The position numbers and the translations under genes are program-made. A DNA stretch of 64,000 nt from Macrostomum lignano (taxonomy: Eukaryota). The stretch lies in NCBI GenBank assembly GCA_002269645.1, contig NIVC01001632.1, positions 1-64,000 on the forward strand, read 5' to 3'. The notes below the pieces were generated by a model, which was given only the letters and a program-made list of their open reading frames with translations, searched no databases and had not been told where the DNA came from. Below, one piece after another: positions 24,301 through 34,904 of the stretch. Each line of letters starts with the position of its first letter. Position 1 is the first letter of the stretch.

Positions 24301-27300
24301 AATTTTTCTAATTTACAAAAAACTGTTGCTCATCCCGGACCGAGAGGCGCGTGATTATCATGGTTATAGCTTGTGAAAGCGACCTTATCCAACAAATAAA
24401 TCCCAGGTTGCCGAGTCCCGATGAAGATCGACTCCCTGACTGGCAAGGACATCATCAAGGTCGAGTGCGGCTCCCAGTTCTCCGTGGCTCTATCATCCTC
24501 GGGCCTAGTCTACACCTGGGGCAAAGGCGATTATCACAGATTAGGCCACGTGTCCCAGGACCCACCCGAGCATGTTCGCCGGCCAAAGGCTGTGGCTAGC
24601 CTAGAAGGCAAGCGGATCATAGCCGTCTGTTGCGGCTCCTTGCACTGCGTTGCCTGCACAGCCGAGGGCGAGGTTTACACCTGGGGCGACAATGACGAAG
24701 GTCAACTAGGCGATTCCACCACTACGTCTATTGGCCGGCCTCGCCTAGTGGCCGCTCTGCAAGGTAAAATGATTAACCAGGTGGCCTGCGGATCTGCGCA
24801 CACTCTGGCCTGGAGCACGCATAAGTCTGGCGCCGACGGCGGCTCATCAGCTGGCGGCCGTCTGCCTGAGTCTGTGCCGGTTGAGTACACGGCTTTGCAA
24901 GGCCTGCCGCCGTCTCTTCTGCGCGATCGGCTAGTACTGTTAAATCTCTTCTCTGAGCTGCTCTGCTACACTGCGCCGCTCATTAACTTTCAGGTTAGAG
25001 GTCTATTGAGTTTTATTCTATTAATTATTTCTATCGGATTTTAGTTAGTGTACGTGTTCTTCTGTGTACGCGCGTGTACTTTAATGAGCATGTACTTTCA
25101 GGCGTGTGTACTTTAGTGCACAGGTACTTTGTTGCGTTTGTACTTTCGTTCACGAAAGGGGGGTTATAGGGGGTTGCAGCCTAGTGGTTAGAGTGTCGGA
25201 CTCACGCCAATTTGTGTCGTTGAGCAAGACCTTAACTCTTCATTGCTTCAGTTCACCCAGCTGTAAAATGGGTGCCAGCATTAGCTGGGGTAATTGAGGC
25301 TGTGTGTGGCGACCCCTCCCCCCCCCAGTCCTTGGAGCCGTACGCAGCCTTCAGATGCGCCGCGCAATAGCGGCGGCTGAGCTGTCGGTTGCACATCTTC
25401 CCAATAGGACGGGTGTAATCAATTATTGTTATTATTATTATTATTATTATCATTATTACTTTCGTTCAAATGTTCGAGCGTATTCATAGCATTCGCATGT
25501 ACTCTAGTGCACCGTTGCGCTTATTTTGAAGCTTTGGAGTAAATTTGCTATTTACTATTGCAGGCACCTGGAATGCACCAGCTGCGCTACTTGCTCCTAG
25601 CCTCCGTGAAGGAGTCCCTATTCCGCAAGGTCATCCAGGCTACTATGGTCAGGGACAAGCAGCACGGGCCCGTTATTGAAGTCAACAGGTTTGTAGCTTT
25701 ATGCTAACTTTATCCTAAGTATAGTGTTTATGCTATATGTAACAAAGACTTAATATCGTCAAATATCTGGCTTTTTAAACAAAGACTCGGCGCCAGCGCC
25801 CGTCGGACCAAGCGCGACCCAAGCCGATCGGTTCTGGCCCAGGTGGCCGCCAAGATGGAGTCCGCCCAGACCGAGCACTGGCTGTTGCCCCAACGAGTTT
25901 GGAAAGTGAAACTGGTCGGCGAATCCGTCGACGACTGCGGCGGCGGCTATTCGGAGTGCGTGGCCGAAATCTGCGAGGAGCTCAGCACCGGCGCCGTGCC
26001 ACTGCTGTGCCCCGCGCCCGCCAAGGATTGCATGGTGAGTGTTTATACCAGATGTAGGAAAAATTCGCGGAAATTACATGGAAAACCCGTGGAAGTTCCG
26101 TGGAAATTACGTGGAAAATCCGTGGAAGTTCCGCGGAAATTACATGAAAATTTACTAGTCTGCTAAGTTGTCGTATTAAAAGTTTATGAAAACTTACGAG
26201 TATTATTAAAGCGGAATGTTCGTCTTCAGGAGATTTCGTAGTACCTGCTAAATTCTATTCAATCGAATAGCACGAAAAATTGTTGCTATGGTTACCCTCT
26301 GCCCAGGTGCTAAACCCTCATTCGGCCGCCGATCCCAAGTGGCTCCGGTTTGTCGGCAGTCTCTTGGGCATCGCAATTCGCACAGGCAGCCCGTTGAACC
26401 TCAGCCTGCACGACGCCATGTGGAAACTGTTCGCGGGCGAGCCGCTGACCTTAGACGACCTCACCGATTTGGACAAAGACACTGTGGCCTCCCTGATGGC
26501 CATTCGCACTATGGACGACGCGTCCTTAGCAACCGCCGAGCTGCCATTCGCCGTAACGAGCATCACAGGCGGAGAACCGCTGCCACTGCCGGCTCCCCAG
26601 CTTCCTTCATCGTCTTCAGCCTCATCGTCGGCTACAATAACACCAGACAACAGGGCCGAATATCTTCGTCTGGCTGTGCAGCACCGGCTGCGCGAGTTCG
26701 ACTCAGCGGCTGCTCAGATTCGAGCCGGTCTGAGCCTTGTAGTGCCGCTGCCCTACCTGTCCTTGTTCACCAGCCAGCAGTTGGAGAGCGTCGTGTGCGG
26801 CAACCCGGAGATTCCCGTGGCTCTATTGAAGTCTATCGCCACTTACAAAGGCGTCGAACAGTCCAGCCCGCTGATGCGCTGGTTCTGGGAGGTCATGGAA
26901 GAGTTTTCCAACGCGGAACGATCCCTGTTCCTCAGATTCGTGTGGGGCCGCGCCCGCCTGCCCAGGTCTCCGGCTGACATGCGGGGCAGGGACTTTGTCA
27001 TACAGATATTAGACAAGTACACCCCGCCTGATAACTTCCTGCCGGAGGCTTATACCTGCTTCTTTCTGCTCAAGATGCCCAGGTGAGACTTGAAGCTATG
27101 AGAATGAAAACATGACACTAGGCTAAGCGTGAGAGCCAGGGCAGTAGCAAGGCAGTGTTCTGTTCACTATGGATGTATGTGGCTCGTAGAATAATTCAAC
27201 CCGCTGACTCACTCATTCACTCGCCCTGCCTCGCGTTCAATGAGAGTGCTATCATGAAGAGTGACATCAATGACAATGACATCATGAAGAGTGACATCAA

Positions 27301-28206
27301 TGACAATGACATCATGAAGAGTGACATCAATGACAATGACATCATGAAGAGTGACATCAATGACAATGACATCATGAAGAGTGACATCAATGACAATGAC
27401 ATCATGAAGAGTGACAGCATGAAGAGTGACAGCATGAGAGTGACATTAATGACAGTGACATCATGAAGAGTGACAGCATGAAGAGTGACAGCATGAGAGT
27501 GACATTAATGACAGTGACATCATGAAGAGTGACAGCATGAAGAGTGACAGCATGAGAGTGACATTAATGACAATGACATCATGAAGAGTGACAGCATGAA
27601 GAGTGACAGCATGAGAGTGACATTAATGACAGTGACATCATGAAGAGTGACAGCATGAAGAGTGACAGCATGAAGAGTGACAGCATGAAGAGTTACAGCA
27701 TGAAGAGTGACATTATGAGAGTAACATCATGAGTAACATAATGAGAGTGACATAATGAGAGTGACATAACGAGAGTGGCATAACGAGAGTGACATAATGA
27801 GAGTGACATAATGAGAGTGACATAATGAGAATGACATAATGAGAGTGACATAATGAGAGTGACATAATGAGAGTGACAAAATGAGAATTACATAATGAGT
27901 GACATAATGAGAGTGACATAATGAGTGACATAATGAGAGTGACATAATTAGACTGACATCATGAGAGTGACATCATGAGAGTGAAAATCAGCGTGACATA
28001 ATTAAAAGTGGCACAGTTAAAGGGTGAGACCAAACAGTTACAGCCTAGACTATCCGTCTCACTGCAGGTACACCTCCAAGGCCCGTCTCAAAGAGAAGCT
28101 GAGCTACGCCATTCACTTCTGCAAAAGCATCGACATTGACGACTACGCCAGGGTCGCCTTGGCTCAGGGCCAACTGGTGGACTCTTCGTCTTCTTCCGCC
28201 TCTTCT

Positions 28207-28239
<33 letters not shown>

Positions 28240-28455
28240 TTCAGGAGCAGCAATAGAAGCAGCCGGCGAAACAGCGACGCCTCTAATGGGAACGAGACCG
28301 CGGCACAGGAGGCCGCCGCAGCCGCAGCAGCAGCCGTCACCACCGCCCCCGACTCGTCCCTGCTGTCGGCATTGATGCTGTCCGAGGCTGCCGCTCACCA
28401 CCGACGAGCGCGCGGCAGCTCCAGCTCCAGTTCCGACTTTGACTTTTTTTCTTGA
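1..28455 (+). CDS. HERC2: HERC2 E3 ubiquitin ligase, 5'-incomplete, 20 exons in window
   Basis: GT-AG exons with consistent phases: 1-54, 562-736, 1949-2680 (donor could be 2686), 3523-5685, 8519-8869, 9240-9575, 10774-11007, 11337-11765, 12076-12198, 12605-12808, 13530-13889, 14266-15882, 16945-17304, 19549-20103, 20921-21119, 24407-24993, 25564-25688, 25785-26034, 26307-27082, 28068-28455 (TGA 28453-55). Recognised motifs in HERC2 order: MIB/HERC2 ([16 protein letters not shown]...[13 protein letters not shown]), UBA-like ([10 protein letters not shown]), CPH (RVGSRVRC...RYRWGSVT), ZZ finger (CVDC...[13 protein letters not shown]), DOC (HWIRLEM), RCC1 repeats (WGxGDxGKLGxG), HECT ([14 protein letters not shown]...[16 protein letters not shown]). 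Confidence 0.96.
61..510. repeat. (TCTG)n microsatellite, HERC2 intron
   Basis: Long TCTG run with CTTAGTG interruptions. Confidence 0.95.
884..1876. repeat. 35-bp minisatellite (GAATGACTCAATTTGAATCCAGCTTCCCTATGACC)
   Basis: About 28 tandem copies; a GTGGGA variant dominates the 3' half. Confidence 0.95.
2805..3355. repeat. 22-bp minisatellite (ATGGTATCTGGGGTGAGATTCT)
   Basis: Tandem copies visible. Confidence 0.92.
5698..8460. repeat. 33-bp GC-rich minisatellite (TTAAGGGGGCCGCCCCTCCCTCACTCCGATGCT), about 2.8 kb
   Basis: Roughly 80 copies filling HERC2 intron 5686-8518. Confidence 0.96.
8872..9190. repeat. 54-bp minisatellite starting inside the 5' splice site
   Basis: GAGTCTTGGTTCACTTCCGGTGTGTGGTTGATTCGGCATGGTCTTTGTCAGTTT, about 6 copies. 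Confidence 0.92.
9818..10506. repeat. 20-bp minisatellite (CCCAGAGTCACTTGCGTCAC)
   Basis: About 34 tandem copies. Confidence 0.95.
11095..11285. repeat. 21-bp minisatellite containing CACGTG (GATAGTCACGTGATCACTCTG)
   Basis: About 9 degenerate copies. Confidence 0.85.
11806..12515. repeat. Phased CCGATATGTATCGAAA motif with diverged spacers, in two adjacent introns
   Basis: Copies at 11806, 11851, 11898, 11946 and at 12293 (degenerate), 12327, 12371, 12415, 12458 (variant), 12498; spacing mostly 40-48 bp. Confidence 0.85.
12930..13410. repeat. 18-bp minisatellite (CCTTGTCTATTCTCACCG)
   Basis: Degenerate tandem copies. Confidence 0.9.
13920..14220 (+). mobile_element. tRNA-derived SINE with CORE-like central domain, copy 1
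   Basis: A-box-like TAGCCTAGTGC, B-box-like GGTTCG..ATCCC, central CCTTGAGCAAGACACTTAACTCT...TGTAAAATGGG resembling the MIR/CORE consensus, (ATT)n tail; alignable second copy at about 25172-25458. Confidence 0.75.
15945..16892. repeat. 25-bp minisatellite (GATGGGGAATCCCTTCTGCTGATAT)
   Basis: Tandem copies, homogeneous core at 16520-16800. Confidence 0.93.
17405..18302. repeat. About 24-bp C-rich minisatellite (CCCTCCCCGATCCTTCAGCTGCCA)
   Basis: Tandem copies visible. Confidence 0.93.
18895..19460. repeat. 20-bp minisatellite (GTGATAGCAGTTGGGGAGAT)
   Basis: Tandem copies visible. Confidence 0.94.
20152..20790. repeat. 15-bp minisatellite (GGAACTGAAATCCCC) with higher-order duplications
   Basis: Tandem copies visible. 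Confidence 0.92.
21138..21930. repeat. 36-bp minisatellite (AATGACCAAATAGTCTATGACCTAGCTGGGAGGATT)
   Basis: Tandem copies with a block duplication. Confidence 0.92.
23903..24043. mobile_element. Small MITE-like foldback element
   Basis: Perfect 19-bp inverted repeats ACACTAACTTTTGAGTGCT (23903-21) and AGCACTCAAAAGTTAGTGT (24025-43), plus an inner inverted pair GCACTCGTGCA/TGCACGAGTGC. Confidence 0.6.
25172..25458 (+). mobile_element. tRNA-derived CORE-like SINE, copy 2 (internal deletion removes the B-box region)
   Basis: Shares CAGCCTAGTGGTTAGAG, TTGAGCAAGAC, TTCACCCAGCTGTAAAATGGGTGCCAGCATTAGCTGGGGTAATTGAGG and CCGTACGCAGCCTTCAGATGCGCCGCGCAA with copy 1; ends in (ATT)n. Confidence 0.75.
26066..26150. 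repeat. Short 11-bp repeat (CGTGGAAATTA/CGTGGAAGTTC)
   Basis: About 7 degenerate copies in intron 26035-26306. Confidence 0.7.
27250..27990. repeat. Compound 30/15/14-bp minisatellite built on ATGA(A)GAGTGACA
   Basis: Unit changes progressively along the array. Confidence 0.92.
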
Positions 28456-28539
28456 TGTCCGGACTATGCTTCGGAACTGCTTTGTGGCTATGGATTTTAT
28501 AGGGGCTTGGATTGGGATCTGCGGCTGTTATTATCCCAG

Positions 28540-29480
28540 TGTGGGATCTGTAGTTTAATATATCCCAATGGGGGACCTGTAGATTAAAATATCCCAATTG
28601 GGGATCTGTAGATTAAAATATCCCAATGGGGGATCTGTGGTTTAAAAATATCCCATAGGGGATCTGTAGATTAAAATATCCCAATGGGGGATCTGTAGAT
28701 TAAAATATCCCAATGGGGGATCTGTGGTTTAAAAATATCCCATAGGGGATCTGTAGATTAAAATATCCCAATGGGGGATCTGTAGATTAAAATATCCCAA
28801 TGGGGTATCTGTGGTTTAAAAATATCCCATAGGGGATCTGTAGATTGAAATATCCCAATGGGGATCTGTAGATTAAAATATCCCAATGGCGGATCTATAC
28901 TTTAAAATATCCCAATGGGGGATCTGTAGATTAAAATATCCTAATGGGGGATCTGTAGATTAAAATATCCCAATGGGGGATCTGTGGTTTAAAAATATCC
29001 CATAGGGGATCTGTAGATTTAAATATCCCAATGGGGGATCTGTAGATTAAAATATCCCAATGGGGGATCTGTGGTTTAAAAATATCCCATAGGGGATCTG
29101 TAGATTTAAATATCCCAATGGGGGATCTGTAGATTAAAATATCCTAATGGGGGATCTGTGGTTTAAAAATATCCCATAAGGGATCCGTAGATTAAAATAT
29201 CCCAATGGGGGATCTGTATTTTAAAATATCCTAATGGGGATCTGTAGTTAAAAATATCCCAATAGGGATCTGTAGTTTAAAATATCCCAATGTGGGGATC
29301 TGTAGTTTAAAAATATTCCAACATGGGGATTTTTAGTTTAAAATATCCCAATAGGGATCTGTGATTTAAAAATATCCCAATGAGGGATCTGTAGTTTAAA
29401 AATAACCTAATGGGGGTCTGTAGTTTGAATACATCCCAATAGGGGATCTGTAGTTTGAAAATATCCCATTGTTGGGACCT
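28540..29480. repeat. 29-30-bp minisatellite just 3' of the HERC2 stop (GGGGGATCTGTAGATTAAAATATCCCAAT)
   Basis: About 30 copies, more degenerate toward the 3' end. Confidence 0.93.
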
Positions 29481-30289
29481 ATTTTAAAAAAATTTTTACA
29501 ATATAGGAATTGCAGTTTAGAAGTGCCCTAACATAAACTGATTATATTTGTATATTAAAAAGCATGCCTTGTGCTCAATCCGTAGAAAATCAGGGTACTT
29601 GTTAATTAGACTTAAATTCCTTTATTTTATTTAAGCTACGTAATCTTTATATCCAGCGCGTAGCTATCGCTCAAGCCATACATGTAGTAGTAGATTAGAT
29701 GAGTCAAGATGACCCTTGGACTCTGTGCTGGAGAATTATCAATGGTTTTTATGCACCAGCTGCTTGGAGTAGTAACAGCATGTTTTTAAGAACGAACAGA
29801 ATCCAATATTTACTGCATTATAACATGATTTCTATTATAGTTATTAAATGTTGTTTGATGTTTGTTTGTGCCTAGCAAATGTTATACTGCTATTACACTG
29901 CGGACTGTAAAATCCTTGAAATACACTCCTGTTTAAAAATTATGCAGCCACACTGAAAATGCTTAATAATATGCTTATAATGTGCTTCTGCCACATAACT
30001 GCTCTAATTGCTTTCTTACTGAGCAGCCTGTCATTTGCGTTCAACACTTGACAGTTCATTTGCGAGCTCTCCGGCACCTGCTTTCCAACCTTGATGTCAA
30101 TTATTTAGCAGCTGGGCTATGGATAGCCATTCTGAGTCCTCTGGGCTCCCCCCTCCCCCTCTCTCCATCTCCCTTCTCTCCTCTGCCTTCTACCACATGT
30201 CCTCTCTCCACATCCTTTACTATTTTAATGGAAAAGCAAATTAATCATCTGAGCTCGTTGGCCATCAGAACTGATTGAGTGGCTCCTTC

Positions 30290-31240
30290 CTTATCTCTCT
30301 CTCTCTCTCCTCTCTCCCTTTCTATGTCCCTCCCTCCTCTCTCCTCTCTCCCTTTCTATGTCCCTCCCTCCTCTCTCCTCTCTCCCTTTCTATGTCCCTC
30401 CCTCCTCTCTCCTCTCTCCCTTTCTATGTCCCTCCCTCCTCTCTCCTCTCTCCCTTTCTATGTCCCTCCCTCCTCTCTCCTCTCTCCCTTTCTATATCCC
30501 TCCCTCCTCTCTCCTCTCTCCCTTTCTACGTCCCTCTCTCCTCTCTCCTCTCTCCCTTTCTATGTCCCTCCCTCCTCTCTCCTCTCTCCCTTTCTATATC
30601 CCTCCCTCCTCTCTCCTCTCTCCCTTTCTATGTCCCTCCCTCCTCTCTCCTCTCTCCCTTTCTACGTCCCTCCCTCCTCTCTCCTCTCTCCCTTTCTATG
30701 TCCCTCCCTCCTCTCTCCTCTCTCCCTTTCTATATCCCTCCCTCCTCTCTCCTCTCTCCCTTTCTACGTCCCTCTCTCCTCTCTCCTCTCTCCCTTTCTA
30801 TGTCCCTCCCTCCTCTCTCCTCTCTCCCTTTCTATATCCCTCCCTCCTCTCTCCTCTCTCCCTTTCTATGTCCCTCCCTCCTCTCTCCTCTCTCCCTTTC
30901 TATGTCCCTCCCTCCTCTCTCCTCTCTCCCTTTCTATATCCCTCCCTCCTCTCTCCTCTCCCTTTCTACGTCCCTCTCTCCTCTCTCCCTTTCTACGAGT
31001 ATGTCCCTTTCTCCTCTCCTCTCATCTGTCCTTTTCCCCTCTCTCTGCCTCCTCTCTCCTATCCCTCCTCTTTCTATCTCCTCTCCTCTCTCCCTCTCCT
31101 CTCTACCTTATCTCCTCTCTCTACCTCCTTTCTCCATTAGCTCTACTCCTCTCTCCTCCTCGCTGTCCCTCTCCCCTCTCTCTGTCTCATCTGTCTCCTC
31201 TCCTCTCTCCTATCCTTCCTCTCTCCCTCTCCTCTCCTCC
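30290..31240. repeat. 34-bp polypyrimidine minisatellite
   Basis: TCTATGTCCCTCCCTCCTCTCTCCTCTCTCCCTT units grading into CT-rich low complexity. Confidence 0.92.
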
Positions 31241-31894
31241 CACAGTCCAAAGCCATCTTAAAACATTGCCAGTCTGAAGCCCCTAAGAAGCCCAAGGCCA
31301 CTCGCTACACAAGCTGTTACCCCCCCCCCCCTAAAAGCATTCTCGTCAACTGTGCTAAAGGGATGCCGTTGGTAATTCATGGCCCCTTGTTGCCTGACAG
31401 CTGCCGGTAAACTAACTAAGCAATTAATGTACAACTTCATCTACAAGGACGCTGCAGGCCTGTCAATCAAACTTTACCTTGGTCCATGTCCATCATTAAA
31501 ATGCCACGCCGGGAGCCGGCAGGTCTCAGAAACTTGGCTGCTTTGTCTTTGCTCTGCTTCTCTGAAGCAGCAGACAACCAGCGTCATTGTCTCAGCCGCA
31601 GGTGCGACTCGCGGGTACTGCGCGCTAAGTAGGACTGGGGAAATTGTTTAATGAGGGTTTTTTAGTTACTTGTTTAAAAGGTCTTGATGCAATCACTATA
31701 CTGCAGGATATCCGGTAAAATTTAGTTTCATTTTGATCCTCAGACTCGATTAGCTATCTGATTATGCTGTAAGGGGAAAATTGATTGACAGTTTGCAGCC
31801 GTAGCAATGGGTTTTTCAAAAGCATTTAGAGGGGATGACAAACTGGGATGATGAAAGCGATAATAAAGAGTGACTGGGGGACAGTAAAAAGACA

Positions 31895-32295
31895 GGGATA
31901 AGAAATTGGGATAAAATATGAGGGGATAAGAATCTGGGATAAATTATGATGGGATAAGAATCTGGGATAAATGATGATGGGATAATAATCTGGGATAAAT
32001 GACGATGAGGGGATAAGAATCTGGGATAAATGATGATAAGGGGATAAAAATCTGGAATAAATTACGATGAGGGGATTAGAATCTGGGATGAATTATGATT
32101 ATATAATCTGGGATAAATGATGATAGGATAAGAATCTGGGAGAAAAGATGATGAGGGGATAATAATTTGGGATAAATGATGAAGGGATAATAAACTGGGA
32201 TAAATGATGATGAGGGGATATGATCTAAAATAAATGATTACCTGGGATAATGATGGATAAGAATCTGGGATAAATTATTGGATAAGAACCTGGTA
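31895..32295. repeat. Degenerate ~30-bp repeat (CTGGGATAAATGATGATGAGGGGATAAGAAT)
   Basis: Recurring GGGATAA motif. Confidence 0.8.
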
Positions 32296-32879
32296 TAAGC
32301 AAGTAGATGCAAGTGTCTTTTAAAAGCAGAAATGCTTCTGGCAATTGAATTTTCTGCTCCTAATTCTACGAGAAGGGCGGCTGTAATGTCTGTTTGAACC
32401 GATGGGTCTATTCTTGGCACTGGCACAAGAGCCTGGCTGACCGCTAAGGACTCGAAGGACTCAAAGAACGATTAGTCGCTGGGATAAAAAAATGCTCGCT
32501 GGGGTAGGAGGAGGCAGCAATGCTCCCATTGGGATTTCTTCTGGCAGCGCTGAGAGGAGCAGATTGGGCCCCGGAGGTCATCGAGGACCTGCAACTGCAG
32601 GCCATGGTTCAGCATCATTTTCTGCTGAATATCCAGCTGATTAGGGCGGCCGGTTGCGCGGGGTTGCAAATCCTCGTCTTTATTGGCCAGGGACTGCCAT
32701 TGGCTGTAGAGCGGCAGTTTCGGGTGCAGCGGAGGCTCTCAACTCTTATTATCCGAGATCTGCATTCTGGCGGCTGCCATTGCGGCTCCACATCTCTCCG
32801 TCTGTCCGTCTGATACCGCGCTTCGGACTGAGGCTACGGCACAGCTGAAAAAAACTGCTGGTGAGTCGGTTTTGGTCGA

Positions 32880-33300
32880 TTCTCCCTTAATCTATTCTCC
32901 TAAGTCTTCCCGAGCCTTTTCTCCCCAATTATATTACCCCCAATTCTATTATCTCCAATTCTATTATCCCCAAATCTGTTCTCCCTAGATCTATTCTCCC
33001 CTAGTATATTCTCCCCAAATCTGTTCTCCCTAGATCTATTCTCCCCTAGTATATTCTCCCCAAATCTGTTCTCCCTAAATCTATTCTCCCCTAGTATATT
33101 CTCCCCAAATCTGTTCTCCCTAGATCTATTCTCCCCTAGTATATTCTCCCCAAATCTGTTCTCCCTAAATCTATTCTCCCCTAGTATATTCTCCCCAAGT
33201 CTATTCTCCCCAAGTATATTCTCCCTAAATCTATTCTCCCTAAATATATTCTCCCCCGAGTCTATTCTCCCTAAATCTGTTCTCCCGAGTCTATTCCCAG
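32880..33300. repeat. 15-bp minisatellite with 45-bp higher-order unit (xTATTCTCCCC)
   Basis: Tandem copies visible. Confidence 0.88.
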
Positions 33301-33824
33301 AGTTTATTCTCTTAATGTCTAATCTAGTCTGCAGAAGTATATTTATTTGTCTATTCAACTAGCTTTAGCAGAAATTATTCTAGTCTCTTCAGTTCCGGCA
33401 GAATTCTGCTAAACTGAAAGCAGCATCATTAACTTTGAGCAGCTGTAATTAAGCTTCATCATGAACAGTATTGCAGCTGCATCAGCTCCATAGATAAGCA
33501 TGCCATCTACTCCACTCAAGCTGCCAGTTACACTTGACAGCCAGGCCCCCCGGGGGGGGGGGTCAAACAGTTGATGTGCTTTAATCAGCCAGGGAAGGTG
33601 GCTGAGATGCCAGCATTGTCGCAGCAATGAGCCAGGGAACTAACGAATTACGAGGCAGTAAATGATCATTAAAATAAAAATTCACACTGTAAACAAAATT
33701 TGCAGCAAACTGGTAGGGCTGGCGTTTACTGCCAAATCGCAATAATTGCTAAAGAAATGGCTCGTAAAATGCTGTAATCCGTTAGATCATTTGGGAAGAT
33801 TTATGCTACTGTGGGAATTTTATT

Positions 33825-34488
33825 TTCTCCAGATTCTACATTAGAACTCCACTTCCTGTCCAGATTGTGCATTAGAGCTCCACTTCCTGTCCAGATTGTG
33901 CATTAGAGCTCCACTTCCTGTCCAGATTGTGCATTAGAACTCCACTTCCTGTCCAGATTGTGCATTAGAACTCCACTTCCTGTCCAGATTCTACATTAGA
34001 ACTCCACTTCCTGTCCAGATTGTGCATTAGAGCTCCACTTCCTGTCCAGATTGTGCATTAGAGCTCCACTTCCTGTCCAGATTGTGCATTAGAACTCCAC
34101 TTCCTGTCCAGATTCTACATTAGAACTCCACTTCCTGTCCAAATTGGGCATTAGAACTCCACTTCCTGTCCAGATTCTACTTAGAGCTCCACTTCCTGTT
34201 CAGATTCTACATTAGAACTCCACTTCCTGTCCAGATTGGGCATTAGAACTCCACTTCCTGTCCAGATTCTACTTAGAGCTCCACTTCCTGTTCAGATTCT
34301 ACATTAGAACTCCACTTCCTGTCCAGATTGTGCATTAGAACTCCACTTCCTGTCCAAATTGTGCATTAGAACTCCACTTCCTGTCCAGATTCTACATTAG
34401 AACTCCACTTCCTGTCCAAATTGGGCATTAGAACTCCACTTCCTGTCCAGATTGTGCATTAGAACTCCACTTCCTGTCCAGATTCCAG
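33825..34488. repeat. 31-bp minisatellite (TCCACTTCCTGTCCAGATTGTGCATTAGAAC)
   Basis: About 21 copies. Confidence 0.94.
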
Positions 34489-34904
34489 GCCTAAGGGACA
34501 ATTCACTCCAAATTACAGTTTAGAAGTCCATTTTCTAAGCAAATTGTCTTTAACTTTTCGAGGACTTGTTAGCTGACTCACTGACTAATTCCTTATTCAA
34601 GTCCCAGTTCGAGTAGTGCCCAGATCGTAGATTTGCGACGCGATCTAAAATCTTATCTCTTTTCCCATGCCGTGGGACAAAATGAAAGGCTGGCATGTCA
34701 GCAGCTGAGTGGCCACACGGGACCCTGTGATTACAGGCCGGCTCCACGGCCGGTGCGCGTTGCTGCGTGTCTTTTTTAAGAAAGAGAGACAGAGATTTTC
34801 TGCTGCTGAGGCTGACTTTGCGAAAGTAGAAGACAGGCCTCAGAAAATACGTTTTGAAGCCATAACCCAGCTGATAGATGAGTGATCTGAGAGAAGAGAG
34901 CTGT

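Noticed and set aside
32400-32820. Possible decayed 3' end of a non-LTR retrotransposon on the minus strand (WQSLAN..., FFIPATNR..., RFKQTL)
   Set aside because: Only scattered short motif resemblances across several frames; needs a translated HMM search to support.
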